Assembly: GCA_019358935.1 (NCBI GenBank)
Contig: JAHHIK010000161.1
Coordinates: 1-13,267, forward strand
Reading direction: 5' to 3'
Length of the DNA: 13,267 nucleotides
Source: Tolypothrix carrinoi HA7290-LM1
GTDB taxonomy: Bacteria > Cyanobacteriota > Cyanobacteriia > Cyanobacteriales > Nostocaceae
In this document: one piece after another, positions 9,107-13,267 of the stretch
Position numbering within the stretch: the stretch's first letter is position 1
Layout of the letters: every line of letters starts with the position of its first letter
The notes under the pieces: generated by a model
Databases searched by the model: none
What the model was told of the DNA's origin: nothing
Seen by the model: only the letters and a program-made list of their open reading frames with translations
Program-made: the position numbers and the translations under genes

Positions 9107-9319
9107 AACTCAACTTTTGAAAGGAGAAAATCATGACAACTGCTCAAGCATTTGGTCAAACTTATACTGTTCAATCTGGAGATACACTGTTTTTGATAGC
9201 CCAAAAAGTCTACGGGGATGGCAATCGTTGGCGTGAAATTTATGAAGCTAATCGCAATGTAATTGGAGGTAATCCCGAACAGATTCAAGTTGGAATGGTA
9301 CTTGTTATTCCAGGGCAAG
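9107..9319 (+). repeat. Duplicated leader+LysM DNA cassette, copy B
   Basis: Matches copy A (8438-8650) without gaps at an offset of 669 bp. Confidence 0.9.
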
Positions 9320-9921
9320 GTCAACCTGGTAATGGTGGCGGCGGCGCTGGTAAAGGCAATTTCCAAAAAATGCTCGAAGCACTGGGAGCATTTGAATCGG
9401 GGTTTCCATCAGGAGACCCAAGACAATACACCTCTGAAAACACACTAGGGTTTATGGGCAAGTACCAATTTGGAGAACCCTTGCTAATTGACCTTGGTTA
9501 CTACAAAGCCGATGTTTACTATGGAAACGGTGCTGACAAAAATTACTGGCGGGGTACTTGGACAGCAAAGAGAGGCATTAATAGTAAAGAACAATTCAAA
9601 AATTCCCGTGAAGTTCAAGAAGCTGCAATTCGTGAGGCTTTTAATCTCAACTTGCAACGTGTCAACGGTGCGCTTGGGGCGCAAGGACAGTCTATCAACA
9701 ATTACCTCGGTCAGCAAAAGACATATAACGATAGAGGAGTGCCAAAAACAGTCACTATTACCCTTTCCGGTATTCTAGCCGGAGCACATTTGAGCGGTCC
9801 TTTTGGAGTAGCTAACCTTTTATTGAAAAACGAAGTCCCTCATGATGAATTTGGTACTTCTATGCTCCGGTATGTGGAAGAATATGGCGGTTACAATGTT
9901 TCGCCAGCAGATTTCTCCTAG
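9133..9921 (+). CDS. LysM + lysozyme-like/lytic transglycosylase-like domain protein
   Basis: LysM nearly identical to that of the previous gene, then a Gly-rich linker. LGAFESG (catalytic E-S motif), GFMGKYQF (GxxQ motif) and LAGAHLSG (AxxAYNxG-like) fit the lysozyme/SLT superfamily. RBS AAAGGAG. Confidence 0.75.
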   Translation: MTTAQAFGQTYTVQSGDTLFLIAQKVYGDGNRWREIYEANRNVIGGNPEQIQVGMVLVIPGQGQPGNGGGGAGKGNFQKMLEALGAFESGFPSGDPRQYTSENTLGFMGKYQFGEPLLIDLGYYKADVYYGNGADKNYWRGTWTAKRGINSKEQFKNSREVQEAAIREAFNLNLQRVNGALGAQGQSINNYLGQQKTYNDRGVPKTVTITLSGILAGAHLSGPFGVANLLLKNEVPHDEFGTSMLRYVEEYGGYNVSPADFS

Positions 9922-10076
9922 AAGTTTATAGATTGCCTGTACTGCTCCCGCCAAAACTCAAGTATTGCAGACATAATAAGGCAGCGTCACGAAAGTTAGA
10001 ACCGAGGGGCGTGTTACTTTGTGCTCCTCTCTTGGAAAACCGCAATCAATCCCTGTGTAAAAGCAGGAGTCCGACA

Positions 10077-11009
10077 ATGTTACAATCTCCAACACTCCAT
10101 ATACTGTCGCTCTTTTCATCTGCCCTGTCCGGAGTTTCTGCCATTGCAATAAGAGCAGTGACCTCCGCAAGAACCACGCTTTTAGTAATATCACTAACAT
10201 TCTTGCTGTTTTTTCCCAGTGCCTCTGCGGCGATCGCACAAGAATCAAGAGCCACGAGCCATACGACTCGATTGTCAGTTACCAATCAGTGTAACTTTCC
10301 CGTCTGGATGGCAACAATACCTAATGCCAATATAACTCCTCTATCGGATGGTACTGTTAAACTATCTCAAGGTCAGTCACACGATTATTCCATCCCCAGT
10401 AGTGGTTGGGCAGGAAGATTCTGGCCAAAAGTCGGCTGTGACTCTAATGGCATGAACTGTGCGGCAGGACAAGCAGTACCACCATGCCCTCCATCAGGTT
10501 GTCAACCTCCAGCTGACACCAAAGTTGAAATTAACTTTCCGAACCTCTCTTCAAAAGATAATGCTTGGTATAACATCAGCCTAGTAGACGGATACAGCCT
10601 TCCTGTCGAGATTAAACCAAGAGGTGGGGAGTCAGGTTCATGTATAACAACCAATTGTAATCTTTCTCTGAATAGCTGTCCTCAAGATGAAACACAGGGT
10701 TTAGGGGATTTGAGGGTCTTCAATGGCGGTAAAGCCGTACAATGCCTGTCTCCGTGTAAAAAATGGAACTATCCCCCTCCTTTTGGTCTAGGAAAGCCTG
10801 AAACCCAACCGCCCGGTATCGATTTATGTTGTCCATACAACGATGTCGAGCGGTGTCGCACGGGACCTGTCGTACAAACAAAGTTTGTCCAGACTGTACG
10901 CAAAACATGTCCTACTGCTTATAGTTTCGCATATGACGATGAAGCAGGTTTGCACAGTTGTCCAACGCAGAAGAGCTTTGATGTGACGCTTTGTCCAGTA
11001 GGACGTTAA
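10077..11009 (+). CDS. Thaumatin-like protein (PR-5-like), with predicted signal peptide
   Basis: Start ATG 10077 with AGGAG at 10065-10069. Hydrophobic segment LLVISLTFLLFFPSASAAIA/Q. Motifs VTNQCNFPVW, WAGRFWPKVGC, PPADTKVE, YNISLVDGYSLPV, CLSPC, CPTAYSFAYDD, FDVTLCP. The mature part has 16 Cys. Confidence 0.93.
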   Translation: MLQSPTLHILSLFSSALSGVSAIAIRAVTSARTTLLVISLTFLLFFPSASAAIAQESRATSHTTRLSVTNQCNFPVWMATIPNANITPLSDGTVKLSQGQSHDYSIPSSGWAGRFWPKVGCDSNGMNCAAGQAVPPCPPSGCQPPADTKVEINFPNLSSKDNAWYNISLVDGYSLPVEIKPRGGESGSCITTNCNLSLNSCPQDETQGLGDLRVFNGGKAVQCLSPCKKWNYPPPFGLGKPETQPPGIDLCCPYNDVERCRTGPVVQTKFVQTVRKTCPTAYSFAYDDEAGLHSCPTQKSFDVTLCPVGR

Positions 11010-11025
11010 AGCTGAAACGTCAAGA

Positions 11026-11052
11026 GTGCGATTGCTTGAAGGGCAATCGCAC
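11026..11052. repeat. Perfect 10-bp hairpin with HIP1-like arms
   Basis: GTGCGATTGC-TTGAAGG-GCAATCGCAC, 16 nt after the thaumatin stop codon; no clear U-tract follows. Confidence 0.75.
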
Positions 11053-11185
11053 GAACTTCTTGCCATAGGTGTCCTTGTAATTGGTCGATTGTGACAGTAG
11101 CTGTGTGACAGAGCTTTGGTTACAAATCGCCTTTCATGTCATTTTTCACTTAGCAATAAAACTCAACTTCAAAGAAGAGAAAATC

Positions 11186-12175
11186 ATGAGTAACAATGAA
11201 GACGCAACCAACTTTGATGGATTACTGAAGAGTAACGATATTCGCACAGGTTTCATATCTGGAGTTACCTTTAAGAATAAGGCAGTTCAATACTCGGTCG
11301 TCGATGGACTAGCCATTTTTGAAGGCTGTATCTGTCTTGGCACCGTTGAAGAAATGGAGAAGAAAACAGCTGCTATCCGGACTGGGCAAGATATTGAAGA
11401 AGATGCTGGTACACGCGGTCTGTTCATCCCTGGACAACAGTACCGGTGGACTAATGGTATTGTGCCGTATGAAATCGATCCTAATCTCCCCAATCAAGAG
11501 CGCGTAAGAAATGCGATCGCTCACTGGCAAGAGAAAACCCCCATCCGGTTCGTGAATCGAACAAGCAATAATGCGAGTCAGTATCCGAACTACATTCGCT
11601 TCCGACCTGCCGATGGCTGCTGGTCTGTTGTAGGTATGCGAGGGGGCAAGCAAGATATTGGTCTAGCCAATGGTTGCGGCTTGGGTGCTACAATCCACGA
11701 AATTGGTCATGCATTGGGGCTTTGGCACGAACAAAGTCGAGAAGATAGGGATAGACACATTCAAATTCACTGGCAGAACATTGAGCCTGACCACCAGCAT
11801 AACTTTAACCAACACATCAATGACGGTGATGACCACGGCGCTTACGATTATGACTCGATCATGCATTACGGATCGACAGCTTTTTCTAAAAACGGTCAAC
11901 CAACAATTACAACCGTTTCATCTGGAAGACCCATCGGGCAAAGAAATGGTCTTAGCAATGGCGATATAGCTACTATCCGATTTCTCTATCCAGGGACAAC
12001 TCCTCAGTTACGTCCGTATACCATAAAACAGGGAGATACACTTTATTTAGTTGCTGAACGAGAGTTAGGTGATGGCAACCGTTGGCGTGAAATCATGAAA
12101 TCAGCCAATGGCGGCTCTTTTACAGAACAGGAGGCTAATAATTTGCAACCGGGTCAGGTAGTCTACCTTCCTTAA
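11186..12175 (+). CDS. Astacin-family (M12A) zinc metalloprotease, LegP-like, with C-terminal LysM
   Basis: HEIGHALGLWHEQSREDRD (HExxHxxGxxHE), Met-turn SIMHY, WTNGIVPY, GCWSVVG, IGQRNGLSNGD. C-terminal [26 protein letters not shown]...LQPGQVVYLP is a LysM. ATG 11186 is preferred over TTG 11081. Confidence 0.93.
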   Translation: MSNNEDATNFDGLLKSNDIRTGFISGVTFKNKAVQYSVVDGLAIFEGCICLGTVEEMEKKTAAIRTGQDIEEDAGTRGLFIPGQQYRWTNGIVPYEIDPNLPNQERVRNAIAHWQEKTPIRFVNRTSNNASQYPNYIRFRPADGCWSVVGMRGGKQDIGLANGCGLGATIHEIGHALGLWHEQSREDRDRHIQIHWQNIEPDHQHNFNQHINDGDDHGAYDYDSIMHYGSTAFSKNGQPTITTVSSGRPIGQRNGLSNGDIATIRFLYPGTTPQLRPYTIKQGDTLYLVAERELGDGNRWREIMKSANGGSFTEQEANNLQPGQVVYLP

Positions 12176-12209
12176 CTTGAGGATGTCTCCGTATAACTGC
12201 TAGGCTAAA

Positions 12210-12307
12210 CTCAGTAGTCAGGAATCGAAAACTCCCATCCGAAGAATTAAGTTTTCAGCCATCAATTCGCTGGCAAAACTTCTCCTGTCAATTTTCGGAC
12301 TACTGAG
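12210..12307. repeat. About 98-bp element bounded by inverted repeats (MITE-like or structured RNA)
   Basis: CTCAGTAGTC (12210-12219) and GACTACTGAG (12298-12307) form a perfect IR. An inner stem pairs AAGTTTT-CAGC (12249-12259) with GCTG-gc-AAAACTT (12269-12281). Confidence 0.5.
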
Positions 12308-12349
12308 ACTCGGATTTGAGGCAGCTACTCTGTTTTTTAATAAACGCAA

Positions 12350-12718
12350 ATGTCGTCAAATAATGCGTCAAAGCTCGTAACAGGCGAAATCCTTTTCTCT
12401 GAAGACTTGGATTCATTTTCTGGAGCCAAAGTGAATGTGTACCTTGAAGATGTGAGTTCTCTGGATGCTCCTTCTAAGATTATCGCCAAACAAGTGATTC
12501 CTGATATCTCCCATGAAGTGGGGACTGAGAATCAAGTCAAATTTGCCCTAAAAAGTGAGACTTCAAATAAACAGGCAAGTTATTCAATCCGCGTACACGT
12601 CTCTGTTCATGGAGATGAACAAATTCACCGTGGAGATTACATCACTATGGAGAGCTATCCAGTTCTTACATTTGGGTATCCAAATCAGGTATCGGTACGT
12701 GTGCGAGAGGTGAAGTAG
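12350..12718 (+). CDS. YbaY/YscW-like (pilotin-like) domain protein without lipoprotein signal
   Basis: VTGEILF...GAKVNVYLEDVSSLDAPSKIIAKQ...YSIRVHV...ITMESYPVLT matches the YbaY-type L.DVS..DAP motif. The protein has no Cys and no lipobox. Confidence 0.8.
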   Translation: MSSNNASKLVTGEILFSEDLDSFSGAKVNVYLEDVSSLDAPSKIIAKQVIPDISHEVGTENQVKFALKSETSNKQASYSIRVHVSVHGDEQIHRGDYITMESYPVLTFGYPNQVSVRVREVK

Positions 12719-12829
12719 TATTTTTGGCGGAAATAGAAAGAAGCGCAAAAAGTTCTTTTTTAAATGCTAACCAAGCCTTGGTAGATTTTGATTTGGTGCA
12801 AACTATGCTGCAATTTGCAAAGGCAAAAC

Positions 12830-12851
12830 CAGGACTTACGCAACTGGCACA
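12830..12851 (+). repeat. Cyanobacterial interspersed repeat / IS-end-like remnant CAGGACTTACGCAACTGGCACA
   Basis: Recognised from memory as a motif recurring in filamentous cyanobacterial intergenic DNA. Single copy here, with no partner end in the window. Confidence 0.35.
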
Positions 12852-13107
12852 TGCGATGGCGTTTGGTTTGCCAAGCGTAGAAAAACGCTCGCAATATATG
12901 CATTGGCACGTCTGGACGTTTCAATCATCTTTCATCCTAAGAGACTTGATTACAATAAATGTAAATAAAATTTATTTTCGTTTTCGCGATCGCCTACGGT
13001 GTGTCATAGGCTCGCGCATCTTTGATTACCCTGGGAAAATTTTAGTTCATTTGTACTAACTAGGACAGGCTCAAGTTTCGGGTGGTTGCGCTTATACTTA
13101 ATGTATA

Positions 13108-13266
13108 TCAATCCCCACAAAGGTTTCGGGTTTCGCACTCCTGACCAGAAAACGAGACGCAAGCCCCTGGATGCGCGACATGGGGATAAGTCGGAGGCGA
13201 CTTTAGTCGCTTTCCAAATTCTTCTATTAACTCACTAACACTAATGCCTCTACTGTTTGCCTCGTT
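13108..13266 (-). CDS. 3' part of a small ribbon-helix-helix/CopG-like protein (start outside the window)
   Basis: Hand translation gives NEANSRGISVSELIEEFGKRLKSPPTYPHVAHPGACVSFSGQECETRNLCGD*. EA..RGISVSELIE is a typical RHH helix A-turn-helix B pattern. Not in the supplied ORF track. Confidence 0.5.
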   Translation of the reverse strand, partial: NEANSRGISVSELIEEFGKRLKSPPTYPHVAHPGACVSFSGQECETRNLCGD

Positions 13267-13267
13267 T
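13142..13267. mobile_element. Probable end of an IS200/IS605-family (TnpB-type) element continuing beyond the window
   Basis: TGACCAGAAAACGAGACGCAAG is followed by a bulged hairpin CCCCTG...CA(T)GGGG (13164-13185) and a second hairpin GCGAC-TTTA-GTCGC (13197-13210). Subterminal imperfect hairpins without TIRs are the IS200/IS605 hallmark. No transposase or tnpB is visible in the window. Confidence 0.55.

Larger units (their letters stand above)
5521..12993. repeat. HIP1 octamers (GCGATCGC), five dispersed copies
   Basis: Seen at 5521-5528, 7924-7931, 10230-10237, 11513-11520 and 12986-12993; none noticed in 1-5500. Confidence 0.9.

Noticed and set aside
8438..9319. Repeated DNA considered as a CRISPR array or a diversity-generating retroelement template/variable pair
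   Set aside because: Only two copies, both coding. Differences are mostly at synonymous positions and not adenine-specific. There is no spacer periodicity and no reverse transcriptase or cas gene.
9933..10076. TTG-start N-terminal extension of the thaumatin ORF
   Set aside because: ATG 10077 has an AGGAG RBS and puts the signal peptide nearer the N-terminus; the extension looks like intergenic sequence.
11081..11185. TTG-start extension of the astacin ORF (could be mistaken for a signal peptide)
   Set aside because: No RBS at 11081 and no proper n/h/c signal structure, whereas ATG 11186 carries the leader shared with the other LysM genes.
1406..11969. Remaining short ORFs overlapping the main genes (e.g. 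1406, 2546, 3356, 5028, 7413, 8950, 9263, 9488, 9958, 11309, 11670)
   Set aside because: All overlap longer, motif-supported CDSs in other frames or strands and have no independent evidence.
12724..13059. 111-aa plus-strand ORF after the YbaY-like gene
   Set aside because: TTG start, no recognisable domain, and it spans a repeat-like motif and a HIP1 site; likely spurious, though not excluded.

Overview
Cyanobacterial DNA (five HIP1 GCGATCGC octamers, a DUF1822-type gene) organised as two divergent blocks. The left block (minus strand) has a sigma/HTH-like regulator and a DUF1822 gene. These are followed by a very AT-rich CrfC/RdcA-like dynamin GTPase and an RdcB/YjcZ-like partner, both of which appear interrupted by in-frame stop codons. 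The right block (plus strand, 6422-12718) is an eight-gene cluster: two stand-alone CAP (PR-1-like) proteins, a GH17 beta-1,3-glucanase (PR-2-like), LysM-3D, LysM-lysozyme/SLT-like, a 16-Cys thaumatin-like protein (PR-5-like), an astacin protease with a C-terminal LysM, and a YbaY/YscW-like protein. This resembles a bacterial counterpart of the plant pathogenesis-related arsenal and is a candidate inducible anti-fungal/anti-chytrid or cell-wall-attack system (inference). The window ends in what looks like an IS200/IS605-family end overlapping the 3' part of a small RHH gene. All family calls come from motif recognition by eye; no database search was run.
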